Shown here piece after piece: positions 42,144-51,830 of a stretch of 64,000 nt of DNA. Both the position numbers and the translations under genes were made by a program. The stretch spans positions 1,281,572 through 1,345,571 of the forward strand of contig OZ251535.1 of NCBI GenBank assembly GCA_965243165.1. The letters run 5' to 3'. This DNA is from Candidatus Spongiisociaceae bacterium (GTDB lineage: Bacteria > Actinomycetota > Acidimicrobiia > Spongiisociales > Spongiisociaceae). Each line of letters opens with the position of its first letter. The first letter of the stretch is position 1. The notes below the pieces were generated by a model. That model was not told where the DNA came from. It did no database searches and was given only the letters and a program-made list of their open reading frames with translations.

Positions 42144-43446
42144 AGCCGCCCCGGGCGAACTCCTCGGCGGTGGGGACGTAGCCGGTTGCGCCGTTGGTGT
42201 AGCCCGCCATGTGGGTGAACTCGAAGGGCGACGCCTCCCTGACCCGCACCCCCGTCTCGGCGAAGGGTTCGCCCGGGAAACCCACCAGCGCCGCGTCTCC
42301 GATCCGGATGCCGTGCAGGGCGGCGGGCAGAGACGTCCGGCCCCGGCTCATTTTGGCCCAGGCGGCGCTGATCAGGGCCCGGCGCGCCCGGTAGCGGGCC
42401 TCGAGCACCTCCGCTTCGCCCGCTCCCGAGGCGCGCAGCTCCAAGAACCGCCGGGACAGGGCGGCGGCTTCGGCCTCCGCCTGCTCGGGGGGCGCCGTTT
42501 CCCGCAGCGGCATCTCGATGGGGCGTTCTATGACCTTCACCGGCGGTTCCTGCTCCGCCAAGGGCTCGTCGGCCCAGATCCCCAGGGGGGCGCCCGACTC
42601 GACGATGCGGTCGAAGCGGCGGCGGACGGGGAGGGTGCGCAGGCGGGTGAACACCTTGGACGCCTCCGCCCCCAGCCGGGTGCCCATCCGCTCGGCGGCG
42701 GCGGTGTTCCCGGTGAGCGCCTCGACGGTCATGATGTCCCCGGCGCAGCCCTGCAGATACAGGCAGGAGGCGCCGGTGAGCTGTTCCACCACCCGCTTGG
42801 CGACCCCCGGAAAGTCGGGGCTGATCAGCCGGTTCTGATAGGCGAGGACGATGGGGTGGGCGGCGTAGCAGACCAGGGCGGCCAGCGGGCGCTCGTCGAG
42901 GTCGTCGAAGCGGACCACCATCACCGCCGGGTCGCTGAAGCCGTCCGGGTTCTGCCCCACCACCATCCTCCCGCCGGGGGCCCGCAGCCTCCGGTTGACG
43001 GCGATGCGGCTCTCGCCCCAGCCCGCCGCCGTCCGGGCGGGGCGGAGGGCGGCCTTGGCCTGATGGACGGCGCCCAGCGTCTGCGACCAGACCGTTTCCC
43101 GGTAGCCGGGGGCCAGCTCGCTGCCTGCCCGCCCCGACCGGTCGCCCAGGAAGTTCGACCACACCGGCCCGGCGTGGGTGTGGGTGAAGGAGACCCGGAC
43201 GTTGGCCGGGTCGATGCCCAGCACGGCGGCGGCGTCGGCCCGGATGCGGTCGGAGTCCTCGACGGTCACCACCATCAGGTCGTAATCGAGGACGGCGAAG
43301 CTCTCGGTTTCCCCCTCCACCACCAGAGCGGTCACCCACAGGTCGAGATGGACCCCCTCGGCCCGGTCGTGGGTCTGCGCCCCCCATCCGGCGTGCTCGA
43401 TGCCGATCGGCGGGGTTATGTTCCCGCGGCCCGCCCCTGCCCTCAT
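42046..43446 (-). CDS. Putative neutral/alkaline ceramidase-like hydrolase (N-terminal domain family)
   Basis: N-terminal GRGNITPPIGIEHAGWG…GVHLDLWVTALVV resembles the DITPP.G…GY… motif of neutral ceramidase-like proteins; 466 aa; assignment is tentative. Confidence 0.4.
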   Translation of the reverse strand: MRAGAGRGNITPPIGIEHAGWGAQTHDRAEGVHLDLWVTALVVEGETESFAVLDYDLMVVTVEDSDRIRADAAAVLGIDPANVRVSFTHTHAGPVWSNFLGDRSGRAGSELAPGYRETVWSQTLGAVHQAKAALRPARTAAGWGESRIAVNRRLRAPGGRMVVGQNPDGFSDPAVMVVRFDDLDERPLAALVCYAAHPIVLAYQNRLISPDFPGVAKRVVEQLTGASCLYLQGCAGDIMTVEALTGNTAAAERMGTRLGAEASKVFTRLRTLPVRRRFDRIVESGAPLGIWADEPLAEQEPPVKVIERPIEMPLRETAPPEQAEAEAAALSRRFLELRASGAGEAEVLEARYRARRALISAAWAKMSRGRTSLPAALHGIRIGDAALVGFPGEPFAETGVRVREASPFEFTHMAGYTNGATGYVPTAEEFARGGYEPEWATAFTAEAAGVLEREACALLSDLAEGA

Positions 43447-43495
43447 GGAAGCTCCTCCGGTCGTCCGGCGGCAAGAGTACCGGTGCAGAAGCCGC

Positions 43496-44275
43496 TCACC
43501 CCGGCGGCCAATCGAGCTTCTTGGCGGTCAAGCCCCCGTCCACCTTGAGCGTCTCGCCGGTGATGAACCCGGCCTTGGGGGAGAGCAGGAAGCAGACCGC
43601 CGCCGTAACTTCGGAGGGGTCGGCGAAACGCTGTTGGGCGTGGAGGGCGTCGGCGTCGGGTTTGGACAGGCGGCCGCTCTCGACCGCCTCGCGCGAGAAG
43701 GGGGTGTCGATGTATCCGGGCGCCACCGCGTTGACCCGGACGCCCAGGTGGGCCCATTCGGCGGCCAGGGTGCGGGTCAGGGAGCTGACCCCCGCCTTGG
43801 AAGCGGCGTAGGGGGCGCGGAGCGGCCATCCGAAGAACTCGGCCACCGAGGAGAAGTTGACGACGGCGCCGCCCCCGCCGGGGATCATGAGCCGGGCGGC
43901 CGCCTGGCACCAGTAGAAGGTGCCCGACAGGTTGACGGCCAGCACCTGCTGCCAGACCGCCGGGTCGAACTCGGCGCTGGGCGCGGCCCGCTGGATGCCG
44001 GCGCAGTTGACCAGGGCCCGCACCGGCGGCCCCCACTCTTCGATCCGGCGGGCGGCGGCGGCCACCGAATCGGGGTCCGCCGCGTCGCAGACCGCCTCCA
44101 GCACCCGGTCCGCTCCGTATTCCTCGGTGAGGGCGGCGGCGTGGCCGGGATGCAGATCCACCGCCGCCACCCGGTAGGGCGGGTCTTCGGCGAGCAGGGC
44201 TTCCACCACCGCCGAGCCGATGCCGCCCGCCGAGCCGGTGACGATGGCCGCCCCCGCCGGCGCGCCTGCGGCCAC
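43496..44275 (-). CDS. SDR-family short-chain dehydrogenase/reductase
   Basis: TGSAGGIGSAV cofactor motif, NCAG, catalytic YAASKAG; 259 aa. Confidence 0.85.
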   Translation of the reverse strand: MAAGAPAGAAIVTGSAGGIGSAVVEALLAEDPPYRVAAVDLHPGHAAALTEEYGADRVLEAVCDAADPDSVAAAARRIEEWGPPVRALVNCAGIQRAAPSAEFDPAVWQQVLAVNLSGTFYWCQAAARLMIPGGGGAVVNFSSVAEFFGWPLRAPYAASKAGVSSLTRTLAAEWAHLGVRVNAVAPGYIDTPFSREAVESGRLSKPDADALHAQQRFADPSEVTAAVCFLLSPKAGFITGETLKVDGGLTAKKLDWPPG

Positions 44276-44281
44276 GGCGGC

Positions 44282-44707
44282 CTATTCCTGCGGGCCCCCG
44301 CCCCCGGAGGGCGCCGTCCAGCGCGCCTCGGAGCCGGGCGGGGCGTAGAACCAGAGCACGGTGAGGCCGTCCGGCCCCGAATGGGTCTGGTGCGGGACGT
44401 TGGAAGGGGCGATGAGCACCGTTCCCTTCTCCAAGGGATGTTCGTCGCCGTCGATGTCCACCCGCCCCCCGCCGGACATCACCACCGTTACCTCCTCCGC
44501 CTCGTGGGCGTGGGTTGCGGTGGAGAAGTTGGGCGGCAGGCACGACGTTCCCATCACCAGCTTGGAGGAGTTGCCCCGGGCCGGCGAGGCCTTCACCGCC
44601 ACCGCCCGCCCCTCCACCAGGTTCCCGTCCCCGGCGCCTCCTTCGGCCAGGGCCCGCTGGATCTCCTCGGCCAGGTCCGCCGCCGTCCAATGGGGGGCTT
44701 CGGCCAT
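44282..44707 (-). CDS. Cupin-domain protein
   Basis: 141 aa with two His-containing cupin motifs (THAHEAEEVTVVMSGGG…; NVPHQTH). Confidence 0.6.
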   Translation of the reverse strand: MAEAPHWTAADLAEEIQRALAEGGAGDGNLVEGRAVAVKASPARGNSSKLVMGTSCLPPNFSTATHAHEAEEVTVVMSGGGRVDIDGDEHPLEKGTVLIAPSNVPHQTHSGPDGLTVLWFYAPPGSEARWTAPSGGGGPQE

Positions 44708-44775
44708 TTCATCACCTCTGTGATCGCTTGGGTTCGTTCCGGCGCCAGGTTACCCCCGATGCCCGCCCGGAGTTG

Positions 44776-45282
44776 TCAGGAGAGGCGGAGGATGATGATT
44801 CCGGCGACGGTGATCAGGTTGATGCGGATGGAGTCGCGGATGGCGTTCCATTTCTCGGACTGCCAGCTGACGTACCACTCGGCCCCGACGACCTGGATGA
44901 TCAGGAACCACACGGCCAAGGCCGCCAGGAAGGCGAGGTAGCCGAACAGCTTGGCCGATTCCCAGGCCTCGGCCGCGGCGGTGAGGTTGACGGCCAGGAA
45001 GATGCTGCCCGCCAGGCCCAGCGCGGCTACGGCCAGCTCGCACACCAGGATGGCTGCGAAGGCCGCCCGGTGCAGGGCCGGCGACCGCACTTCCCGCCAT
45101 CGGACGCCGCGGTCCCGGTTGGTGGTGTCCATCGTCATGATGTGGCGGACGAAGTCGAGGTTCGCTCCGGGGGCGGTGAGGTTGTTGAGGGCTGCGACGG
45201 CCGCAGTGACCGCGGTTCCCAGCAGCAGGACGAGGGGTATCAGCCGGAAGGCGGCCTCGGCGGCGGGAAGGGCCGATTCCAT
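44776..45282 (-). CDS. Small integral membrane protein (DUF2165-like)
   Basis: 168 aa with 4 predicted hydrophobic helices. Confidence 0.45.
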   Translation of the reverse strand: MESALPAAEAAFRLIPLVLLLGTAVTAAVAALNNLTAPGANLDFVRHIMTMDTTNRDRGVRWREVRSPALHRAAFAAILVCELAVAALGLAGSIFLAVNLTAAAEAWESAKLFGYLAFLAALAVWFLIIQVVGAEWYVSWQSEKWNAIRDSIRINLITVAGIIILRLS

Positions 45283-45289
45283 GGTTCCC

Positions 45290-45880
45290 TCAAGGCTCTT
45301 CGGGAAGGCGGCGGGCCATGAGCTTTTGGGTCACGCCGCCGATGGTGGCCTCGAAGGCCGCCAGGCTGATCTCCGCCAGGCGGGGGGAGCAGTCGGCGGC
45401 GGCGAAGTTCTGGCGCTCGGCCAGGCGCGCCCAGTGCGGGGCGAGCCGGTTGGGGCCGGTTACGCCCCCCTTGCCCAGGTCGGAGGCAACGTAGCGGATG
45501 TTGGTTACGCCCGAGTTGATGATGCGGATCGTGCACATCTCGCACGGCTCGAGCGAGGTGACCAGGGTGTGTCCGCGCAGGTCGGCCTGCGGGGCGTGTT
45601 CGTTCTCATACCTGGTCAGCAGGGTCATCTCGGCGTGGAGGTCGCTGCGGAACCGGGGGAAGAACATCCGGTTTCGTTCCCTCAGCACCACCCGGCCGTC
45701 CGGATCGGCGATCAGCGCCCCGATGGAGGCGTTCCCCTCCAGCCCGGTCTCGACCGCGTCCGCCACCGTGAGGCGGGAGTGATGGTCGTCCGGCCGCTCG
45801 TCGGGCAACGCTTCTGCCTCGTTGAGCAGGCCCAGAAGAGCGTTCCGCACCTCGGCGGGTACCGCTTCGGCTCCGTCCAT
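45290..45880 (-). CDS. CMP/dCMP-type (CDA fold) nucleoside/nucleotide deaminase
   Basis: Zinc-binding motifs HAEM…PCEMC. Confidence 0.8.
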   Translation of the reverse strand: MDGAEAVPAEVRNALLGLLNEAEALPDERPDDHHSRLTVADAVETGLEGNASIGALIADPDGRVVLRERNRMFFPRFRSDLHAEMTLLTRYENEHAPQADLRGHTLVTSLEPCEMCTIRIINSGVTNIRYVASDLGKGGVTGPNRLAPHWARLAERQNFAAADCSPRLAEISLAAFEATIGGVTQKLMARRLPEEP

Positions 45881-45977
45881 CGCATCCTCCCGAGTCCAGG
45901 TCCGCCCGTCGATTCAGGAACGGCTGTCGGCAAGGCTAGCTAGTTGCTCAGCAGGCCCGAGAGCGCCCCTGGCCTGC

Positions 45978-46059
45978 CCGGGTTTCCGAAAGATTCGAAT
46001 ATCTTTCTCGAGAATAGGCCGATTTCGGCCTTTATTGCCGAAAGATTGTAGAATCTTTC
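45978..46059 (+). promoter_or_regulatory. Paired-palindrome element copy A: two GAAAGAT-N6-ATCTTTC sites 62 bp apart, with a conserved GGCC…GGCCTTTATT spacer
   Basis: GAAAGATTCGAATATCTTTC at 45978-45997 and GAAAGATTGTAGAATCTTTC at 46040-46059. Confidence 0.6.
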
Positions 46060-46079
46060 GGAGGCCGCTGCATGAAGCC

Positions 46080-46615
46080 CTGTGCGCAGGTACCGTCTGG
46101 GCTTCGACCAGGCCAACACACCCAAAAACAACCTGACCAGCCTTACCGCCCGCCCTCTCGAACCCAAACCAAACCGAAAACCCAAGCCCGAAGCCAGCAC
46201 ACCGTTTTTCGCGTTCTCCGACCCCCGCCCCGGCTTCGCCGGGCCCCGCCCCCGCCGCCGCCAAACCATCGTTTTCGGACGCCGGGGGCGCGTTGCGGCC
46301 CCCTGCGCCCGATCCGCCTCGGCACAGCCAGGTCGGCCGCCTCTCCCTTGGAGCCTCGGCCCTGGGCGGAGCGGCCTCTGTATGACCGCAGCATCCGGAT
46401 CGGCCGCGGTTTCTGTACCGAAACAAGGTATCAGGGGGGTATGACACAAATCGGCAACCGGACGGAAGGCGGGCTCCGCCGGCCCCGGTTATCCATCTCA
46501 GAGACGCGCGGATGAGCGTCGACCAGGGTGTTCAGGTCCGCCGGGCGGCCAAAGAACCCCTGGCAGGCACCCCGCCGGCCGCCGGCGGCTTCTACCCTCC
46601 GCCCGCCTGTCCGCG
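46080..46615. repeat. L unit (reverse) followed by a degenerate S unit
   Basis: Landmarks TTTTCGCGTTCTCCGACCCCC… and …AACAAGGTATCAGGGGGGTATGACA. Confidence 0.7.
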
Positions 46616-46631
46616 CTTCTGCTCATAGCCG

Positions 46632-46722
46632 AAAGATTGTACAATCTTTCCGAAAAATATGCCTTTCTGGGCTTTATTACAGAAAGATTGTCATATCTTT
46701 CGCGGGCGCCGAACGATTGTTC
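46632..46722 (+). promoter_or_regulatory. Paired-palindrome element copy B (includes a perfect 20-bp palindrome GAAAGATTGTACAATCTTTC)
   Basis: Sites at 46632-46651 and 46683-46702, followed by a CCGAACGATTGTTC half-palindrome. Confidence 0.6.
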
Positions 46723-46729
46723 TACCGCC

Positions 46730-46930
46730 GCGGTGGTCGTACAGGCGAGCAACAGGGAGGCGCGGACGGCGGGGAACCCTCGATCTGGCGGTGGTGAACG
46801 GGATGGTGGTGCTGGGGAGCGGACGCCATCGGGTGGAGTGGGGGTCAAGGACGGCAAGGCGGCGGCGCCGGCGCCCGAGGAGATGCTTCCCGCCGCTGGC
46901 GGAGGCGGGCCTCGAGGGCTCGGGTCTGCG
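46730..46930 (+). pseudogene. Degenerate ~180 bp duplicate of the translation-initiation region and first ~45 codons of the hydantoinase-like gene (compare 48795-48990); start codon lost (ATG to ACG)
   Basis: About 85-90% identity by eye with GGTCGTACAGGCGAAGCAACAGGGAGGCGCGGATGGCGGGG…CTCGATCTGGCGGTGGTGAACGGGACGGTGGTGCTGGGGAGCGGGCGCCATCGGGTGGG…. Confidence 0.65.
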
Positions 46931-46994
46931 GTGAAAGATATTACAATCTTTTCCCAATAAAGGCATTTTCGGCCTTTATTTCGGAAAGATATTA
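46924..46994 (+). promoter_or_regulatory. Paired-palindrome element copy C (at the 3' end of the regulator gene)
   Basis: GAAAGATATTACAATCTTTT and GGAAAGATATTAATATCTTTCC. Confidence 0.55.
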
Positions 46995-48648
46995 ATATCT
47001 TTCCAGCGGGCGGGCCGGGGGGTTGCCGGCAGGGTAGTAGCGCCGGGCTCTGGTTTGCCCTTTAGCGCGGGCGAGGCCGGCCCTTACAAGATCGTTCAGC
47101 AGATCTCGGACCACTCCCGTTTGTTCGCCCAACAGCTGGCCGCCTTCCACGGTGGAGATGCTTCCACGGCGGACGATCTCGTCGAGAAGGGTCTGCCGCC
47201 GGCGGCTGCGGGCCTGGATGCCGGCGGCGCCGGTTCGCATCACGACCTCGTCGGAGAGCACGTAGCGGGCGCCGCCCCGAACGCCCACCCGTTTGAGCAT
47301 GCCCTTCGCGGCGGCGCCTGCCAGGATTTCGCTTGCGTCGTTGCCGGGCATCAGCTCCCGCAGGCGCCTGGGGGTGACCGATCCCTCCGTGCGGGCGGTC
47401 ACCAGCGCCCGGCGCTCCTCGACGGTCATGGGGTGGTCGGCAAAGAGCTGGAGCCAGATCTGGTCCTCCACGCCGACCAGGGCGCGGTTGCGAAGCGTGA
47501 CGGTCACGGAGGAAGGGGTGGGATCGAAATAGGGGGGCTCCAGAAGCCTGGCCTCCATCTCTCGGAACATGAGTTCCACCCCGTCCCCGTATTCCTCCAC
47601 GAGACCCATGGTTTTCAGCACGCCCATGATCCGGGGGTTGCGGCTGTAGTGCTCGGTCCGGATGTTGTCCACCGTTATGTGGGCGGGCAGCGGCCCCGGA
47701 CTGGTTATCTCCACGCGGTCGTCCCAGACCGTGATGTCGATGGTGGCGCCCGCCAGGCTGTAGTCCCGGTGGGCGAGCGCGTTGGTTACGGCCTCTCGGA
47801 GCACTTCCTGCGGGTACTCCGGGATGGTTTCCCGCCTCACGCCGATCACGGCTTCGAACTGCATGGTGTGATGGGCGATCATCTGCAGGCACTTGTCCAC
47901 GACGAGGGGCAGGGGGCCTTTGATCTCCGCCCGTTCGCTGGTCGGCCCGGGACCGGGGCCGACCCCGGTGCGGCGCACGAACTGCACTCTGGCGGCGGAT
48001 GTGTAGGCGGTGGGGTCTTTGGCGAACAGGACGGCCCCCGCCGTCAACACCTGCACATCCGCCGCTCCTGCGGACGGTTCTGCGACCCCGAGGTCGACGA
48101 GGGCCCGCGCCAGGCTCGACCGCTTTGCGGCCTTTCTGCCGTCGGCCTTCAGCGCCCGGTTCACGACGCCCAGGTCGAAGTCCCCCGGGTCGAAGTATTC
48201 GAGGTGTTCCTCCTCGCCGGGGTGCTCGGAGCGGGCCGCGACGAACCGTCCGAAGGCGTCGCCCCGCAGCGGCTGCGAATCGCCCCCGACGCGCCGCAGG
48301 AGCCTGCCGTCGGGGGTGGTGACGATCCGTTTCCGGACCTCGGGCACCGAGGTGATGGTCAGCTCCACGCCTTCGACGCGGACCGATCCGACCTGAACCT
48401 CGACATCGCATTCGGCCGCGAATCGGTGGATGCGGTCCTGGGTTCTCTGGCTGAGGGGGCACCCGACGATGGTGCGGTCGTCGTCCACGCCGTGGATGAT
48501 CAGCCCTCCGTCTGTCATCGCCATCGCCGGGATGGCGTCGAGCATCCCCCTGGACACCCCACGCTTGAAATCCAGTTCGGCGTGCTCGCGCCGGCCGAAC
48601 CGCTCCCAGAACTCGTCGGCGGTCATCTCGTCGGGGATGTCGGTGATG
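46992..48648 (-). CDS. Putative transcriptional regulator of the Schlafen-like AlbA_2 (divergent AAA) + ATPase-like (HATPase_c_4) + HTH family (COG2865-like)
   Basis: MTSITDIPDEMTADEFWERFGRREHAELDFKRG… N-terminal AlbA_2-like region. Central region VTNALAHRDYSLAGATIDITVWDDRVEITSPGPLP is typical of these ATPase-like domains. RBS GAGGAAG before ATG at 48648. The ORF track extends further 5' only by reading through the palindrome element. Confidence 0.55.
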
Positions 48649-48667
48649 GATGTCATGTCTTCCTCGG

Positions 48668-48760
48668 GAAAGATATTACAATCTTTCCGGAGAATACGCC
48701 TGTTTGGGCCTTTATTGCCGAAAGATTGTAATATCTTTCGCGGGCCGAACAATTGTTCGG
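48668..48760 (+). promoter_or_regulatory. Paired-palindrome element copy D, between the divergent regulator and the hydantoinase-like operon (candidate operator/promoter region)
   Basis: GAAAGATATTACAATCTTTC (48668-48687), GAAAGATTGTAATATCTTTC (48720-48739) and the perfect palindrome CCGAACAATTGTTCGG (48745-48760). Confidence 0.6.
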
Positions 48761-48850
48761 CTGTAAGCCCCGGCTTCGCCGGGTGCGCCTCCGGCCGTCC
48801 TGGGTTAGGCTTGGCGGCGGTCGTACAGGCGAAGCAACAGGGAGGCGCGG

Positions 48851-50461
48851 ATGGCGGGGGCACCCCTCGATCTGGCGGTGGTGAACGGGACGGTGGTGCT
48901 GGGGAGCGGGCGCCATCGGGTGGGGGTGGGGGTCAAGGACGGCAAGGTGGCGGTGCTGGCGCCCGAGGAGATGCTTCCCGCCGCCGCCCGCACCATCGAC
49001 GCCAAGGGCAACTACGTGCTGCCGGGGGTGGTGGACTCCGAGGCGCACCCCGGCTGCTACGTGCCCTTCGACTACGACATGAAGACCGAGTCGAGGGCGG
49101 CCGCCGCCGCCGGCATCACCACCTGGGGGATCCAGGCGCCCACCACCCGGCTCGGCACCAAACCCTTCAAGGAGGTCGTCGCCAAGGCGGATGTGGTGTC
49201 GTTCAACGAGTCGTTCCCCTCGGGGCGGGATGTGATAAACGAGCACAGCCACGTCGACGCCTACCTGACCTACATGCTCGAAACCGACGAGCACGCCCGC
49301 GAGATACCCCAGTACGCCGAGGAGCACGGGGTCACCTCCTTCAAGCTCTACCTGCAGACCCGCTCCATGAAGGGCATGTCCGACGACGACGACACCAACT
49401 GGCCGTCCCGCCGCGCCGGACTCGGCACCGGCATCGACGACGGCACCGTGTTCCTGGTCATGGAGGAGACCGCCCACCTCGGCTATCCGGGGATCGTCCA
49501 CATCCACCCGGAGAACTGGGAGATCGGGCGGATATTCGAAGAGCGGCTGCGGGCCGGCGGGCGCACCGACTTCGGGGCGTGGACGGACCGCTCGCCCGAC
49601 CTCATGGAGGCGCACCATATCCGCTCCTACGCCTACCTGGCCATGCAGACCCCCGGACGCGTGCCCCTCTACCTGCAGCACTGCACCACCCGGCTCTCCT
49701 TCGAGGAAGTGGCCAAGGCCCGCGCCGAGGGGCTGGAGCTCTACGCCCAGACCGGTCCGCCCTGGCTGTGGGCCGAACCCGAATACGGCTGGCGCATCAA
49801 CGTCCCCCTCCGCCGCCGCGACAACATCGAGGCGCTGTGGGTGGCCCTCGCCGAGGGGATCGTGGACGTGGTCGGCTCCGACCACGTGGTCGGGTGGGAG
49901 CCGGCCTCCTACGAGCAGATGTACAACCCGGTCATCTGGGACTGCCGCACCGGATTCTCCCGGGTGGAGCTGTTCCTGCCGGTGTTGCTCTCCGAGGGCG
50001 TCAACAAGGGGCGCATCAGCCTGGAGCGGGCGGTGCAGGTCAGCAGCGAGAACCCGGCCAAGACCTCCGGGCTGTGGGGCAGGAAAGGGTCGCTGCTGCC
50101 GGGGTTCGACGCCGACTTCGTGATCATCGACCTGGGGCGGGAGGTGAAGGTCGGCAAGGAGCACATCAACACCCGCTCCGGCTGGTCGATCATGGAAGGC
50201 CACACCTTCACCGGCTGGCCGGTCATGACCATCCTGCGGGGCGAGGTGAGCGCCGAGTGGGCCGACGACTCGCCGGGGATGCGCCCGGTGGGGGCGCCGC
50301 GCGGCGAGTACCTGCCCCGTTCCCTGCGCCCCAAGCGGGGGGTGATCGACACCAGCCCGGTGCGGGCGGCCCCCGCCGACCGCTGGTTGGCCGACGATTT
50401 CCTCCGCCCCGGTTTCTCCCCCGAGACCGCCAAGTACCAGGGCGTCAGAGAGGGAGGCTGA
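48851..50461 (+). CDS. Cyclic amidohydrolase (D-hydantoinase/dihydropyrimidinase/allantoinase-like, amidohydrolase superfamily)
   Basis: 536 aa; N-terminal LAVVNGTVVLG…VKDGKVAVLAP…IDAKGNYVLPGVVDSEAHP and internal metal-binding His motifs typical of DHOase/hydantoinase-type enzymes. Confidence 0.75.
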   Translation: MAGAPLDLAVVNGTVVLGSGRHRVGVGVKDGKVAVLAPEEMLPAAARTIDAKGNYVLPGVVDSEAHPGCYVPFDYDMKTESRAAAAAGITTWGIQAPTTRLGTKPFKEVVAKADVVSFNESFPSGRDVINEHSHVDAYLTYMLETDEHAREIPQYAEEHGVTSFKLYLQTRSMKGMSDDDDTNWPSRRAGLGTGIDDGTVFLVMEETAHLGYPGIVHIHPENWEIGRIFEERLRAGGRTDFGAWTDRSPDLMEAHHIRSYAYLAMQTPGRVPLYLQHCTTRLSFEEVAKARAEGLELYAQTGPPWLWAEPEYGWRINVPLRRRDNIEALWVALAEGIVDVVGSDHVVGWEPASYEQMYNPVIWDCRTGFSRVELFLPVLLSEGVNKGRISLERAVQVSSENPAKTSGLWGRKGSLLPGFDADFVIIDLGREVKVGKEHINTRSGWSIMEGHTFTGWPVMTILRGEVSAEWADDSPGMRPVGAPRGEYLPRSLRPKRGVIDTSPVRAAPADRWLADDFLRPGFSPETAKYQGVREGG

Positions 50462-50464
50462 GCC

Positions 50465-51226
50465 GTGGCGGTCTGGGACGACGTTATAACCGAGACCGAC
50501 CGGGCGGTTTTCGAGGAGGCCGGCTGGGGCCGCCGGGCCGGATACGGAGAGCGCCCGGCGGTCATGGTGATCGACGTCAACTACAACTTCTGCGGCGACC
50601 GCGCCGAGCCGATCCTCGATTCGATCAAGAGATGGCGGTATTCCTGCGGGCCGGCCGCCTGGGAACGGGGGATCCCCGCCATCCGGAAGATACTGGAGGC
50701 GGCCCGCCGCAAGCGCCTTCCGGTCGTCTACACCACCAACCCCCGCCGGGCCGACGGCTTCGACCTGGGGGTGTGGACGCTGAAGAGCACCCGCGCCGAG
50801 GACGAGGTGGACGTCATGGGGCACAAGGGCAACGAGATCGTGGCCGAGGTGGCGCCCCGGGAGGGCGATCTGTTCATCGAGAAGCGCAAGCCCTCCGCCT
50901 TCTTCGGCACCCCTTTGGTCAGCCACCTCAACATGATGGGGGCCGATTCGCTCATACTCACCGGGACCACCACCAGCGGCTGCGTGCGCGCCAGCGCGGT
51001 GGACGCCCTGTCCTACGACTTCAGGGTGACCATTCCCCACGAGGCTGTGTTCGACCGGGGCGGGGCGTCCCACAAGATCGCCCTCTTCGACCTGCACATG
51101 AAGTACGTGGACGTCACCGATCTCGCCGATGTCCTCGCCTACCTGGAAGGTCTGCCCGCCGGTCTCTTCGACCGCACCTATCCGCCCGCCGCCCAAGCCG
51201 CCCGGGCCGCCCGGAAGGAGTCCTGA
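50465..51226 (+). CDS. Isochorismatase-family cysteine hydrolase (N-carbamoylsarcosine-amidase-like)
   Basis: 253 aa; PAVMVIDVNYNF…, SLILTGTTTSGCVRASAVDALSYDFRVTIPHEAV (catalytic Cys context). Confidence 0.75.
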   Translation: MAVWDDVITETDRAVFEEAGWGRRAGYGERPAVMVIDVNYNFCGDRAEPILDSIKRWRYSCGPAAWERGIPAIRKILEAARRKRLPVVYTTNPRRADGFDLGVWTLKSTRAEDEVDVMGHKGNEIVAEVAPREGDLFIEKRKPSAFFGTPLVSHLNMMGADSLILTGTTTSGCVRASAVDALSYDFRVTIPHEAVFDRGGASHKIALFDLHMKYVDVTDLADVLAYLEGLPAGLFDRTYPPAAQAARAARKES

Positions 51227-51807
51227 TGGGCCTCGATTTCCCGATCCGCAAGTTCATCGTCCAAGCCGAGGTCGAGCACAGCCGGGAAGGCGTCGCCGCC
51301 GACCCGCCCCTCTGCAAGGCGGTGGCGGCGGCCGTGATCCGCAACCCCTACGCCGGCGCCTATCACGAGGACCTGTCGGAGGCGGTCGAGTTCTCCGCCG
51401 GCCTCGGCCCGTTGCTGGGGGACATGGTCCTGCAGGCCCTCGGCGCGCCGGTCGCCTCCTACGGCAAGGGCGGGATCGCCGGCCTGGACGGCTCGCAGGA
51501 GCACGCGGTGATGTTCCTTTCCACCGCCTTCGCCGACCCCTTCCGCGAGTTCGTCGGGGGCGGGGCGGCTTGGATTTCGTCGGCCACCGTCACCGCCTCG
51601 GCGGGGGCGCCGCTCACCATCCCGCTCGCCCACAAGGACGCCCTCTACGTACGCGACCACTACGACGCCGTCACCCTCTACCCGGGCGACGCGCCCCGCC
51701 CCGACGAGGTGGTGGTGGCGGTGGCCGTCGCCAACCGGGGCCGCCTCAACGCCCGGCTGGGCGGCCTGGCCCCCGAAGACGCGGTCGGCAAGGACGGTCT
51801 GCGCTGA
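51226..51807 (+). CDS. AA_synth/DUF1185 family protein (so-called amino-acid-synthesis family, frequently encoded next to hydantoinase-type genes)
   Basis: ATG 51226 overlaps the upstream stop (ATGA). About 193 aa MGLDFPIRKFIVQAEVEHSREGVAADPPLCKAVAAAVIRNPYAGAYHEDL… This is the C-terminal in-frame part of the artefactual long ORF 48430..51807. Confidence 0.55.
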   Translation: MGLDFPIRKFIVQAEVEHSREGVAADPPLCKAVAAAVIRNPYAGAYHEDLSEAVEFSAGLGPLLGDMVLQALGAPVASYGKGGIAGLDGSQEHAVMFLSTAFADPFREFVGGGAAWISSATVTASAGAPLTIPLAHKDALYVRDHYDAVTLYPGDAPRPDEVVVAVAVANRGRLNARLGGLAPEDAVGKDGLR

Positions 51808-51830
51808 CATGAACCGCCGGGGTTGACGGG

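Noticed and set aside
41022-43548. Plus-strand ORFs 41022..42119 and 41929..43548, and minus ORF 42140..43474, overlapping the ABC ATPase and ceramidase-like genes
   Set aside because: Antisense or alternative-frame; Gly/Arg/Pro low complexity versus clear ABC motifs on the called strand
46992-48863. Upstream extension of the regulator ORF to 48863 (623 aa), and ORFs 45914..46447 and 46528..46797 containing RKILQSFGNKGPNRRILRKDCNIFP-like peptides
   Set aside because: These peptides are simply the translation of the palindromic GAAAGAT…ATCTTTC elements; the regulator most likely starts at ATG 48648, which has a GAGGAAG RBS
48430-51807. 1125-aa plus-strand ORF across the hydantoinase-like, isochorismatase-like and AA_synth genes, and the 847-aa antisense ORF 48653..51196
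   Set aside because: Alternative-frame or antisense GC artefacts; only the last ~193 codons (51226..51807) of the plus ORF correspond to a real gene in that frame
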